DNA from: Escherichia phage EC121
Strand: one strand, 5' to 3'
Sequence record: NC_054909.1
Length of the DNA stretch: 64,000 nt
Shown here: positions 43,325 to 53,773 of the stretch, piece by piece
Numbering within the stretch: position 1 is the first letter of the stretch
Layout: every line of letters starts with the position of its first letter
The notes under the pieces: generated by a model
The model's database searches: none
What the model was told of the DNA's origin: nothing
The model's input: the letters and a program-made list of their open reading frames with translations, nothing else
Translations under genes and position numbers: made by a program

Positions 43325-45588
43325 TACAATTTACACGCTGCACAATCGTCGGCTTTTGGAGTTTCTATTTCATAATCATCAGTACCGGAACCATCACGGG
43401 TATTATGATAATAGAAATTTTTAATGCCATAATACCATCCGTATAGCATATCATCAATCATTATTGACATTGGAACCTTTCCTTTTGGAAAAATCTGCGG
43501 GTCATAATATGTATTCGCTGAAGCTGATTGACATACCCATTTAAGCATAATAGCTACCTGCGTAAGATAAGGTTTATTACCTTTCTTAGCTAATTTCCAT
43601 GTATAATCATAGAGGTCTATGTTATGTTCAATATTGGGCACGACTTGATTAAAGGAACCCTCTTTTGATTCTTTAACAGAGACTGGTCCACGTGGAGGCT
43701 CGATACCGTTTGTACTGTTAGAAACTTGGGAAGATGACTCACATGGCATAAGTGCTGATAATGTGCTATTACGGATGCCAAAGAGCTTAAGGTCTTCCCG
43801 CAGCTCCGACCAGTCACAAACGTATTTTGGAGCTGCGATTTGGTCAATCTTTTTATTGTACCAGTCGATAGGTAATTCGCCTCGAGACCAACGAGTGTCT
43901 GAATAATATTCGCAAGGTCCTTTTTCTTTGGCGAGCTTAATGGATGCTTTAATGAGCCCATACTGTAATCTCTCAAATAGTTCATGTGTTAAATCGTTAG
44001 CATCTTCATAAGAAGCAAAGTTACTTGCCAGCCAAGCTGCATAGTTAGTAACACCTACGCCAAGGTTTCGACGCTTTTTAGCTTTTTCTGCTTCAGGAAC
44101 TGGATATCCTTGGTAATCCAAAAGATTATCAAGAGCGCGAACTTGAACTTCTGCTAATTCATTAATTTTATCTTGGTCTTGCCAATCAAAGTTATCCAAC
44201 ACAAATGCAGATAACGTGCACAATCCAATTTCAGCATCAGGACTATTCACATCATTTGTTGGAATAGCAATTTCACAACACAGGTTACTCTGACGAATCG
44301 GTGCCTTTTCACGAATAAATGGAGTATAGTTATTCGTATTATCAATGAACTGTACATAAATCCTTGCTGTTCCTGAGCGTTCAGTCATGAGCAATTCAAA
44401 CAGTTCACGGGCTTTAATACGCTTTTTACGAATATTAGGGTCTTTTTCTGCAGCTTCGTATAATTCACGGAAACGGTCTTGGTCTTTAAAATAAGAATAA
44501 TAAAGCTCGCCACCCATTTCATGCGGACTGAACAAAGTAATGTAGTCGTTCTTTCCGAATCGTTCCATCATCAAATCATTCAGCTGGACACCATAATCCA
44601 TATGGCGGATACGGTTTTCTTCTACGCCTTTGTTATTTTTCAAAACGAGAAGATTTTCAACTTCCAAATGCCAAATAGGATAATAAGCAGTAGCAGCGCC
44701 GCCACGAATTCCACCCTGTGAGCATGATTTAACAGCAGTCTGAAAATGTTTCCAAAAAGGAATAACACCAGTATGGCGTACTTCACCTGTGCCAATCTTA
44801 GAACCTTCGGCACGAATCATACCAACGTTAATACCAATTCCAGCGCGTTTGGAGATATATTCAACAATTGAAGCGGAAGCCTTATTGATAGACTTCAGCG
44901 AATCACCTGCTTCAATAACAACGCATGAACTAAACTGCCGGGTTGGAGTACGACATCCAGCCATAATAGGAGTTGGCAATGAAATCTGTCGAGTAGATAC
45001 CGCTTCATAAAAACGGATAACGTGTTTTAATCTATCAACAGGTTCATCTTGATGCAATGCCATTCCAATAGTCATAAATGCAAACTGTGGAGTTTCATAA
45101 ATTTGACCAGTGGTTTTATCTTTAACTAGATATTTTTCTTTTAATTGCATCGCCCCGGAATAAGTAAATTCCATATCCCGTTCATGCTTAATTTTTGATT
45201 CTAAAAATGTAATTTCTTCTGCTGAATATTTTGACAACAATTCAGGGTCATATTTACCTTCATTTACGCAGTAAGAAATATGGTCAATAAATGAACGTGG
45301 TTCATACTGTCCATAAACATGCTTACGAAGAGCGAACATTAAACAGCGTGCAGCTACGTATTGATAATCAGGCTCTTCAACTGAAATAGAATTCGCAGCA
45401 GCCTTAATTACAATGGTTTGAATGTCATCAGTTGTCATTCCATCACGGAGATATGATTTAATATTTTCATATAATTCATAAGGATCTACTGATGTTCCTT
45501 CAGCTGCCCAAGATAAAACTTTAATAATTTTTTGTGGGTCAAAGCTCTGAGAAACACCACTACTTTTGATAACATTAATTAATTGCAT
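43324..45588 (-). CDS. nrdA: Ribonucleotide reductase large subunit NrdA
   Basis: 754-aa ORF matching T4 NrdA. Confidence 0.95.
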   Translation of the reverse strand: MQLINVIKSSGVSQSFDPQKIIKVLSWAAEGTSVDPYELYENIKSYLRDGMTTDDIQTIVIKAAANSISVEEPDYQYVAARCLMFALRKHVYGQYEPRSFIDHISYCVNEGKYDPELLSKYSAEEITFLESKIKHERDMEFTYSGAMQLKEKYLVKDKTTGQIYETPQFAFMTIGMALHQDEPVDRLKHVIRFYEAVSTRQISLPTPIMAGCRTPTRQFSSCVVIEAGDSLKSINKASASIVEYISKRAGIGINVGMIRAEGSKIGTGEVRHTGVIPFWKHFQTAVKSCSQGGIRGGAATAYYPIWHLEVENLLVLKNNKGVEENRIRHMDYGVQLNDLMMERFGKNDYITLFSPHEMGGELYYSYFKDQDRFRELYEAAEKDPNIRKKRIKARELFELLMTERSGTARIYVQFIDNTNNYTPFIREKAPIRQSNLCCEIAIPTNDVNSPDAEIGLCTLSAFVLDNFDWQDQDKINELAEVQVRALDNLLDYQGYPVPEAEKAKKRRNLGVGVTNYAAWLASNFASYEDANDLTHELFERLQYGLIKASIKLAKEKGPCEYYSDTRWSRGELPIDWYNKKIDQIAAPKYVCDWSELREDLKLFGIRNSTLSALMPCESSSQVSNSTNGIEPPRGPVSVKESKEGSFNQVVPNIEHNIDLYDYTWKLAKKGNKPYLTQVAIMLKWVCQSASANTYYDPQIFPKGKVPMSIMIDDMLYGWYYGIKNFYYHNTRDGSGTDDYEIETPKADDCAACKL

Positions 45589-45905
45589 AAGTCCTCAACT
45601 TGAAAATCGTCTTTAAACAATCGGTTAACTATATGAGCTATTATATCACCATGACACGGCTTCAGTTTACATGTGCATCCTAGCCTCATTCCACGTAAAG
45701 GCTCTAAATGTGCTTTAGTTATTTCTCCGGATTTAATTCGACGTATAAAATCTTTTTTGAATAATTCAATGGCAGCCTCCCGGCTGCCAGCATCTTTACC
45801 GACGTAATTTCCCCAAAATGTACCACGGTGAATATTAACATCAAAGTCGGATTTATATTTATTCACTACCTGACATAGACGGCCCGCGCGGTGATAATTC
45901 GTCAT
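45579..45905 (-). CDS. Hypothetical protein (T4 nrdA.1 position)
   Basis: 108-aa ORF named by synteny. Confidence 0.6.
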   Translation of the reverse strand: MTNYHRAGRLCQVVNKYKSDFDVNIHRGTFWGNYVGKDAGSREAAIELFKKDFIRRIKSGEITKAHLEPLRGMRLGCTCKLKPCHGDIIAHIVNRLFKDDFQVEDLCN

Positions 45906-46134
45906 ATTGTTTTTCCGTTAAAACAGTAATATCATAATAACAATCAGAAGAAGTTTTAACTGTAGAAATTTTATTATCAAAATACTCACGAGTCATTTTA
46001 TGAGTATAATATTTTTTGCCATAAATGATAATAGGCTGATTTGGTCCTGGAACTTCTAACTCGCTTGGATTAGGAAGTGTAAAAAGAACGACACCAGAAG
46101 TATCTTTAAATCGTAAAATCATATATCCTCGCAA
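45859..46134 (-). CDS. Hypothetical protein (T4 nrdA.2 position)
   Basis: 91-aa ORF; overlaps the previous ORF by 47 nt, so its start is uncertain. Confidence 0.55.
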   Translation of the reverse strand: MRGYMILRFKDTSGVVLFTLPNPSELEVPGPNQPIIIYGKKYYTHKMTREYFDNKISTVKTSSDCYYDITVLTEKQYDELSPRGPSMSGSE

Positions 46135-46142
46135 TAATAAAA

Positions 46143-46454
46143 TTACACCGCCATCTTTCCTTTAATAGGAGGATGTGATTCATAGTTGTTAAGAACAAAA
46201 TTATGAGGCTTTGCAAATTGACTCAACCAAAATACCTGCGATTCTGTGTCCCATTCATCAAATTCATCTGGAAATTTTAATTGTAATTCGCATAAATCCA
46301 TAGGTTCACGACATAAAATTTCTTTACATTGTTCTACGTGATTCATATAGATATGAGTATTACCACCAGAAAATATCAAATCTCCAGGAATAAGATTACA
46401 CATCTTAGCTACAATATGAACTAACGTAGCATATGATGCAATATTAAATGGTAG
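46143..46454 (-). CDS. td: Thymidylate synthase exon 2
   Basis: Frame begins CUACCG (LPFNIASY...) immediately after the intron-terminal AUG. Confidence 0.9.
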   Translation of the reverse strand, partial: LPFNIASYATLVHIVAKMCNLIPGDLIFSGGNTHIYMNHVEQCKEILCREPMDLCELQLKFPDEFDEWDTESQVFWLSQFAKPHNFVLNNYESHPPIKGKMAV

Positions 46455-47470
46455 CATTATGTTCAGATAAGGTCGTTAATCTTACCCCGGAATTATATCC
46501 AGCTGCATGTCACCATGCAGATCAGACTATATCTCCAACTTGTTAAAGCAAGTTGTCTATCGTTTCGAGTCACTTGACCCTACTCCCCAAAGGGATAGTC
46601 GTTAGGCATTTATGTAGAACCAATTCCATTTATCAGATTTTACACGATAAGTAACTAATCCAGACGAAATTTTAAAATGTCTAGCTGCATCTGCTGCACA
46701 ATCAAAAATAACCCCATCACATGAAATCTTTTTAATATTACTAGGCTTTTTACCTTTCATCTTTTCTGATATTTTAGATTTAGTTATGTCTGAATGCTTA
46801 TGATTAAAGAATGAATTATTTTCACCTGAACGATTTCTGCATTTACTACAAGTATAAGCAGAAGTTTGTATGCGAACACCGCACTTACAAAACTTATGGG
46901 TTTCTGGATTCCAACGCCCGTTTTTACTTCCGGGTTTACTGTAAAGAGCTTTCCGACCATCAGGTCCAAGTTTAAGCATCTTAGCTTTAACAGTTTCAGA
47001 ACGTTTCTTAATAATTTCTTCTTTTAATGGATGCGTAGAACATGTATCACCAAACGTTGCATCAGCAATATTGTATCCATTAATTTTAGAATTAAGCTCT
47101 TTAATCCAAAAATTTTCTCGTTCAATAATCAAATCTTTCTCATATGGAATTTCTTCCAAAATAGAACATTCAAACACATTACCATGTTTGTTAAAAGACC
47201 TCTGAAGTTTTATAGAAGAATGGCATCCTTTTTCTAAATCTTTAAAATGCCTCTTCCATCTCTTTTCAAAATCTTTAGCACTTCCTACATATACTTTATT
47301 GTTTAAAGTATTTTTAATCTGATAAATTCCGCTTTTCATAAATACCTCTTTAAATATAGAAGTATTTATTAAAGGGCAGTCCTACAATTTAGCACGGGAT
47401 TGTCTACTAGAGAGGTTCCCCGTTTAGATAGATTACAAGTATAAGTCACCTTATACTCAGGCCTCAATTA
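46455..47470 (-). mobile_element. Group I self-splicing td intron (1016 nt) carrying the I-TevI gene
   Basis: 5' end reads UAAUUGAGGCCUGAGUAUAAGGUGAC... and 3' end ...UUAACGACCUUAUCUGAACAUAAUG, as I remember the T4 td intron termini. Confidence 0.88.
46602..47339 (-). CDS. GIY-YIG homing endonuclease I-TevI (intron-encoded)
   Basis: 245-aa ORF within the td intron; GIY-YIG N-terminus (GIYQIKNTLNNKVYVGSA) and C-terminal zinc-finger/DNA-binding region. Confidence 0.92.
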   Translation of the reverse strand: MKSGIYQIKNTLNNKVYVGSAKDFEKRWKRHFKDLEKGCHSSIKLQRSFNKHGNVFECSILEEIPYEKDLIIERENFWIKELNSKINGYNIADATFGDTCSTHPLKEEIIKKRSETVKAKMLKLGPDGRKALYSKPGSKNGRWNPETHKFCKCGVRIQTSAYTCSKCRNRSGENNSFFNHKHSDITKSKISEKMKGKKPSNIKKISCDGVIFDCAADAARHFKISSGLVTYRVKSDKWNWFYINA

Positions 47471-48018
47471 ACCCAAGAAAACATCTACTGATCGCTGATA
47501 CCACTGCAGATCCAAATAGCCATTACGCACATTAAATTGATAGAACATATGACAAGGTGGTAATGCCATTTGCTTGAGTTCTGCCGGATTCCATGCTGAA
47601 ACAATTTGACGTCTATCATTTGGCAGTTTTTTAATACGTTCAACAACTTCTATAATTTGATCTACGCCACCAAAATCGCGCCACTGTTTTCCATAAATTG
47701 GACCAAGTTCACCGCTATGGTATCCTAAATCTTTTGCTTGATTTTCGTAATTTTCATCCCAAACTGTTTTGCCTTGGATTAACGAATCATGTTGAATTAA
47801 TCGCAAATCATTGACATTTGTGCTTCCCGATAAAAACCATATTAGCTCAGCAATACAGGCTTTCCATGCTAATTTTTTAGTTGTTACCACAGGAAAACCT
47901 TTAGTTAAATCCCAGCGTAATTTAGTACCGAACAAAGCAATTGTTCCTGTGCCTGTTCGGTCATCGGTTTCATAGCCATTTTCCAGAATATCTTTAATTA
48001 AAAATTGGTATTGTTTCA

Positions 48019-48019
<1 letters not shown>
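47471..48019 (-). CDS. td: Thymidylate synthase exon 1
   Basis: ATG at 48019 (MKQYQ...), 183 codons, ends ...VDVFLG directly before the intron UAA. Confidence 0.9.
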
Positions 48020-49048
<1,029 letters not shown>

Positions 49049-49056
49049 ATTATCTC

Positions 49057-49392
49057 CTAATATAAAGGATCGGGAACATATCCACTGGCTTTAATCATTT
49101 TAATTAACGTTAGCAGTCCTTTATTAACTGCTTGTGAGATTTCATCAAAAACTTCATCACTAAAAAGTTCTAACACGCCCTTCTGAACTTTTAATTTACA
49201 ACCAATAATTTCGTCATCGCCTATAGTAAATTCGTTTCCGCCAATTCCACCGAAAAACTTAATTACGCCAGTTAACTGTCTTCCACGAGAATATGGGTCG
49301 TGTGATAAAGTAATATGAGTCACCCCAGGTACAGTTTTAAATTGGCAGCGAATGTTTACTTGGGAAATTCCAGTTACGTGAATGTCAGACAT
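49057..49392 (-). CDS. Hypothetical protein (T4 frd.2 position)
   Basis: 111-aa ORF named by synteny. Confidence 0.6.
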   Translation of the reverse strand: MSDIHVTGISQVNIRCQFKTVPGVTHITLSHDPYSRGRQLTGVIKFFGGIGGNEFTIGDDEIIGCKLKVQKGVLELFSDEVFDEISQAVNKGLLTLIKMIKASGYVPDPLY

Positions 49393-49402
49393 AATATTTT
49401 CC

Positions 49403-49645
49403 TCAAACAGACTTTTTCACAATTTTCCAATCAGCTTTAAACTGTTCAACGTCAGAATGATAAATCCAGAATCCTGCGCTTTCTCCATCCTCATAAAGAG
49501 GGCACCCATCGCATTCATCTTCCCATCCCATATCACGCAAAAGACGTTCAGCTTTTTCAACAAGTTCAGAATCTTTACCGATGATATTAAAATACCATTT
49601 ACCTCTAACTTCTGAATCTTTAATGCTCTGACGTTGTAATCTCAT
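49403..49645 (-). CDS. Hypothetical protein (T4 frd.3 position)
   Basis: 80-aa ORF named by synteny. Confidence 0.6.
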   Translation of the reverse strand: MRLQRQSIKDSEVRGKWYFNIIGKDSELVEKAERLLRDMGWEDECDGCPLYEDGESAGFWIYHSDVEQFKADWKIVKKSV

Positions 49646-49699
49646 TTTATTCTCCTTAGTTGATAGGGTAATAGTATCACACTACTACCCTTCTGTAAA

Positions 49700-50080
49700 C
49701 TACTTTTTGAAAGTTTTTCGCAAAAGTTCAATGATTTCATCTACATTGTTTTCGTCTACAATGCAGTGAATTTTTGTTACGCCAGAAATCTTGTCTTTGA
49801 CTTCATCTTCTTCAGAAGTCGATTCTTTATACTCACGAAAACAATGAAATTCATCTTCACAAATTTCTAAAAGTCTATCTTTGAGGTAAAAATGTTTTCC
49901 ATTTGCGCATTCAATGTGTTTTACTGCTTTATATCCATTAGCGACGGAAACTTCTTTAACTTCAAACCATCCGCCATTATCTCGAATAGCTTTAACTATT
50001 GATGAATTAGAACGTGGGCTATAATTAATAAATGTATCAATAAGTCTTGGAACAAGTTCATACTTTCTACCAGTATACAT
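49700..50080 (-). CDS. Hypothetical 126-aa protein
   Basis: ORF between the frd.x genes and gene 32; no motif recognised. Confidence 0.55.
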   Translation of the reverse strand: MYTGRKYELVPRLIDTFINYSPRSNSSIVKAIRDNGGWFEVKEVSVANGYKAVKHIECANGKHFYLKDRLLEICEDEFHCFREYKESTSEEDEVKDKISGVTKIHCIVDENNVDEIIELLRKTFKK

Positions 50081-50123
50081 TGTGTTTCCTCATTTTAATA
50101 GGGGCTTGATAGCCCCTTAATAA

Positions 50124-50351
50124 TTATTGTTCGATCAGTCCCATGTAAAATTCTGCGTCTTCAGAATCCATGCCGTCACAATACTCATTGGCCATAAAGC
50201 GGGTGAGGTCTTCAAGAGGACCTTCAATAACGATTTGAATACTCCAAAACTTAGAATCTTGTACGCTTGTGATACTAAGTTCAGGATAACGATTACGAAT
50301 AATTTCTTCAATATATTCGAAATCAACAATGTCAATATCAACTTTAGCCAT
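50124..50351 (-). CDS. Hypothetical 75-aa acidic protein
   Basis: ORF upstream of the gene 32 terminator; no motif recognised. Confidence 0.55.
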   Translation of the reverse strand: MAKVDIDIVDFEYIEEIIRNRYPELSITSVQDSKFWSIQIVIEGPLEDLTRFMANEYCDGMDSEDAEFYMGLIEQ

Positions 50352-50458
50352 ATTATTTTCCTCTTTAATCGTCAGCAGTATTGCCGATAGTTGTATAGTA
50401 CCATAGAAGAACAGAGATGTAAACAGTTTTGTGAAAAAAATTTTTTTGAAATAAAAAA

Positions 50459-50499
50459 GGGGACCTCTAGGGTCCCCAATTAATTAGTAATATAATCTA
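50459..50499 (-). terminator. Rho-independent terminator of gene 32
   Basis: GGGGACC-CUAGA-GGUCCCC hairpin followed on the minus strand by UUUUUUAUUUC and further U-runs. Confidence 0.7.
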
Positions 50500-51408
50500 T
50501 TAAAGGTCATTCAAAAGGTCATCCAGGTCCGTGTCATCAGCACTAGATGAACTGCCAGAGCTTGAGCTCATAAAATCATCTTCAGTTTTTGTTTTGAAGT
50601 CATCAACATTGAATGCATCCAAATCATCAGCAACTTTATCAGCTTTCTTAGCAGCAGTTGCTGCGGCACCGCCCATAGCAGCAGTTCCCATAACTTGACT
50701 GAACTTAGTGCTCAATTCTTCAAACGATTTGAATTTATCTTTAGAAGTCATTTCAGAAAGGTCAACCATTTGTTCGAACAGTTCTTTCTGGAAAGATTCA
50801 TCATCAATGTTTGGAATCGCAGATTGATTCAGGAATTTAGATTCGTCGTAGTTACTAAAACCAGAAACTTGTTTAACTTTCAGTACAAAGTTAGCACCTT
50901 CCCACGGACAAGTTACATCAACCGGAGTTTCACCCATTTCAACATCAACTGCAATCATTGCGTTGATTTTATCCCAGATTTTCTTACCGAAGCGGTATTT
51001 AAATACTTTACCTTCATTTTCTGGAGCAGCTGGGTCTTTTACTACAAGAATGTTAGCCCAGTAAGAAGTTTTACGTTTAACAAGACCGTACTCTTTATTG
51101 TCAGTGTTGTACAAATCATTTTTACTGATGTACTGACATACTGGGCAAGAATCGTAATCACCGTGGGTAGATGAACAGTTTTCAATATACCATTTACCAT
51201 TTTTCTTGAAACCGTGATTTACAAGAATTGCGAATGGTGCTTGTTCATCATTTTTAGACGGAAGAAAACGAATTACTGCTTGACCGTTACCCGCATTATC
51301 GAGTTTCAGTTTCCACTCGCCTTTATCTTCAGAAGAAAAACCACCTTTATTTCCAGCCAGTTTAGCCATTTGTGCAGCGAGTTCAGCAGTAGATTTACGT
51401 TTAAACAT
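50500..51408 (-). CDS. 32: Single-stranded DNA-binding protein gp32
   Basis: 302-aa ORF matching T4 gp32, including the acidic Ser/Asp-rich C-terminus. Confidence 0.95.
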   Translation of the reverse strand: MFKRKSTAELAAQMAKLAGNKGGFSSEDKGEWKLKLDNAGNGQAVIRFLPSKNDEQAPFAILVNHGFKKNGKWYIENCSSTHGDYDSCPVCQYISKNDLYNTDNKEYGLVKRKTSYWANILVVKDPAAPENEGKVFKYRFGKKIWDKINAMIAVDVEMGETPVDVTCPWEGANFVLKVKQVSGFSNYDESKFLNQSAIPNIDDESFQKELFEQMVDLSEMTSKDKFKSFEELSTKFSQVMGTAAMGGAAATAAKKADKVADDLDAFNVDDFKTKTEDDFMSSSSGSSSSADDTDLDDLLNDL

Positions 51409-51480
51409 TTTTATTTCCTTTTTAATTTAATTAACAGTTGGTGCTATGACGATGTATGACCTCATAGCTGGTCAGTGAGA
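51409..51480 (-). promoter_or_regulatory. Gene 32 autoregulatory translational operator (pseudoknot plus unstructured A/U-rich leader)
   Basis: Minus-strand leader reads ...CUGACCAGCUAUGAGGUCAUACAUCGUCAUAGCACCAACUGUUAAUUAAAUUAAAAAGGAAAUAAAAAUG, consistent with the T4 gene 32 operator as I remember it. Confidence 0.7.
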
Positions 51481-51491
51481 TAATTATAATC

Positions 51492-51499
51492 TATTTATA
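51492..51499 (-). promoter_or_regulatory. Late promoter motif TATAAATA (minus strand) upstream of gene 32
   Basis: Minus strand reads TTATAAATAG about 85 nt upstream of the gene 32 ATG. Confidence 0.45.
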
Positions 51500-51507
51500 A
51501 TAAGCAA

Positions 51508-52161
51508 TTAATACTTGCAAGATTTCACAGTTTCAATGAAAACACTTTTGGCTTTCTGTGAATCAATATTTAAAATTTTTCTATAAGCTTTTAACTTTAT
51601 AGAATAATTATTCCAGACTAAATTATCAGTCTGTTCATCATGTTTATCAATTATATTTAAAAACGAATCAAGCAAGATAAACGTCTCAAACGAAATTATA
51701 TTCGATTGAAGTAGTTTAAAAATATAACTTGATTGAACTTTTGGATTATATTCAAAAATTTCTTTAAAAGCAGAAACTTCAACTTTTTTACTAAAATAGT
51801 AAATATTGCGAATATCTTCTTCAAACTTAAATTTAATTTGCTTTAAGCGTCCGATATATTCACGATAAAACACAAGTGCATCAGCGTCAGAGATGTCACC
51901 AATCCAAGCATCCTGGTTAGCAACCAGATTGCTTATAAAGATTAAAGCAAGTTCCTTTAATTTATATTTTTCTGATAACTTCTGGAAAAAATACTTATCC
52001 CTTCGCTTTTGATAAGCGGCATCAGACACCCGCATGCACCAATTATACTTAATTACATCATACTTTCCATTCATATGTTGTTTTATCATTAAGTATAATT
52101 TATAAACTGATTTACCATCAATATATCTTTCACCACCAGCAGGCATGCGGAGTTTAATCAT
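51508..52161 (-). CDS. 59: Helicase loader gp59
   Basis: 217-aa ORF matching T4 gp59; directly upstream of gene 32, with no segG between them. Confidence 0.9.
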   Translation of the reverse strand: MIKLRMPAGGERYIDGKSVYKLYLMIKQHMNGKYDVIKYNWCMRVSDAAYQKRRDKYFFQKLSEKYKLKELALIFISNLVANQDAWIGDISDADALVFYREYIGRLKQIKFKFEEDIRNIYYFSKKVEVSAFKEIFEYNPKVQSSYIFKLLQSNIISFETFILLDSFLNIIDKHDEQTDNLVWNNYSIKLKAYRKILNIDSQKAKSVFIETVKSCKY

Positions 52162-52496
52162 AGCAGAAAATCTAATGTATTAGTTTTTTCACAACGAACA
52201 ACAGAAGGACGTAAAAGATTTTCGTCAATAGCTTCTGACTGAATTTTTTCGATTATACCCGAAGGAATAAATTTAGCAAATTGAGTTTCAGGAATAGAAT
52301 TTTCTTCTAAGAATGCTGTTGTAGCTTCAAGATAACTCATTCCAAACTCTTCTACCATTTTTTCAATAATAAATCCATTTTCTTGACGATCAAGAAGCTT
52401 TGTTATTTCATCCTTTTCTTTCTTGATTGAAAGTTCTTTTTCTGAAAGACCGGTCTCATCGACCGGACGAATATCATTTAGAGAAAACTGTGTCAT
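52158..52496 (-). CDS. 33: Late transcription co-activator gp33
   Basis: Start trimmed to ATG at 52496 (MTQFSLNDIRP..., 112 aa); supplied ORF begins at TTG. Confidence 0.85.
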   Translation of the reverse strand: MTQFSLNDIRPVDETGLSEKELSIKKEKDEITKLLDRQENGFIIEKMVEEFGMSYLEATTAFLEENSIPETQFAKFIPSGIIEKIQSEAIDENLLRPSVVRCEKTNTLDFLL

Positions 52497-52743
52497 AAAG
52501 TTCAACTACCTCTTCAGTTTCAGCTTCAAACACATCACGGTTATCTTTATGATACAAAGCTAATAGACGATTAAACATCTTACCATCAACGCCAAGTTCA
52601 TCTTTGGCACGAATTCGAATATCTTTAATCAGTTCATTATAACCGGAAATTTTCAGTTTATGATCAGATGCTTCTTTAATAAATTTAGCCAAGTCTTCGC
52701 CATGGATAGCTTCATCAAATTCAACCATTTCTTTTTTAGCCAT
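52474..52743 (-). CDS. dsbA: Double-stranded DNA-binding protein DsbA
   Basis: 89-aa ORF; T4 size and position. Confidence 0.85.
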   Translation of the reverse strand: MAKKEMVEFDEAIHGEDLAKFIKEASDHKLKISGYNELIKDIRIRAKDELGVDGKMFNRLLALYHKDNRDVFEAETEEVVELYDTVFSK

Positions 52744-52751
52744 TATTCACC

Positions 52752-53669
52752 TCAAAATTCATTAATGCTATTAGTTAATTTAGAAAGACCCGCTTTTACA
52801 AAATATGAATAAATTTTGCCACGCGGTGGTAATTTATATGAATTATAGTAATTCACAATGTTTGAAGCAATATTATCAGGAATATAATCAAAATCAATTA
52901 GAACTAAATTTTCTTTATAACGATTATATTCAGATTCTGTGAGAAGCACCTTAGCTTGCTCACGGTCATTAGCAATGGCTTCAACGATTGAAGTTTTCAT
53001 TGAAGGAGTTCGTTCACCTTCAACTTTGGTAAACCAAAAGTCAGATCGCACTTTAACTGAAGCAACGTTATCCTTTTTGTCGCCTTTAAGGATTTTAGTC
53101 ATACAGTCAATTTCAGCAGAACCGCTTTTAATTTTAACCCATTTCTTGTGCATCGGTGACCATTGCTTAACATTTGGGTATTTGTGAAGTTGAGTAAAGT
53201 CACCATCCGATGAAATGATTAAAATCTTATGCCCTTCTAAAGAGAACTTTTTAACAAGAACAGCAATATGGTCATCTGCTTCATACTTATCAATATCCAT
53301 AACGATGTATGGCATATAAGCTTTCAATTCATCTATAACTTTATGACTGGATTCAAAATAACCTTCCCAGTCCCAAGTAGATTCTTCTCGTGCTTTTCCA
53401 CGGTTTTTCTTATAATAATAGGCGAAATCACGACGCCAATATCCAGATTTCGCGTTATCAATACACAGTACAATTTTAGTGTATCCAAGCGTTTTTGCTT
53501 TTTTGACATTAAACTTAATTGAGTTCAATATCAAATGACGAACCATTGATAAATTAATTTTTTCTTTATCTGGAAAGTTTACTAGAGCAGTCGAAAGTGC
53601 AATTTGACTAAAGTCAATTAAGCAAATTCCTTCTTTGTAATCTTCATCCAGCATCATTTCTAAATCCAT
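52752..53669 (-). CDS. rnh: RNase H (5'-3' exonuclease, FEN-1 family)
   Basis: Start trimmed to ATG at 53669 (MDLEMMLDEDYKEG..., 305 aa) with GAGG upstream; supplied ORF begins at TTG. Confidence 0.9.
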   Translation of the reverse strand: MDLEMMLDEDYKEGICLIDFSQIALSTALVNFPDKEKINLSMVRHLILNSIKFNVKKAKTLGYTKIVLCIDNAKSGYWRRDFAYYYKKNRGKAREESTWDWEGYFESSHKVIDELKAYMPYIVMDIDKYEADDHIAVLVKKFSLEGHKILIISSDGDFTQLHKYPNVKQWSPMHKKWVKIKSGSAEIDCMTKILKGDKKDNVASVKVRSDFWFTKVEGERTPSMKTSIVEAIANDREQAKVLLTESEYNRYKENLVLIDFDYIPDNIASNIVNYYNSYKLPPRGKIYSYFVKAGLSKLTNSINEF

Positions 53670-53731
53670 ATGAACCTCGTTCAATTAGTGAGATTTCTAT
53701 TATATACTATCCAAATCTTAAAGTAAACAAG

Positions 53732-53739
53732 TATAAATA
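53732..53739 (+). promoter_or_regulatory. Late promoter motif TATAAATA upstream of gene 34
   Basis: GTATAAATAC 35 nt upstream of the gene 34 ATG. Confidence 0.55.
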
Positions 53740-53773
53740 CTTATTATTGAAAACACAATAGGAGCCCGGGAGA

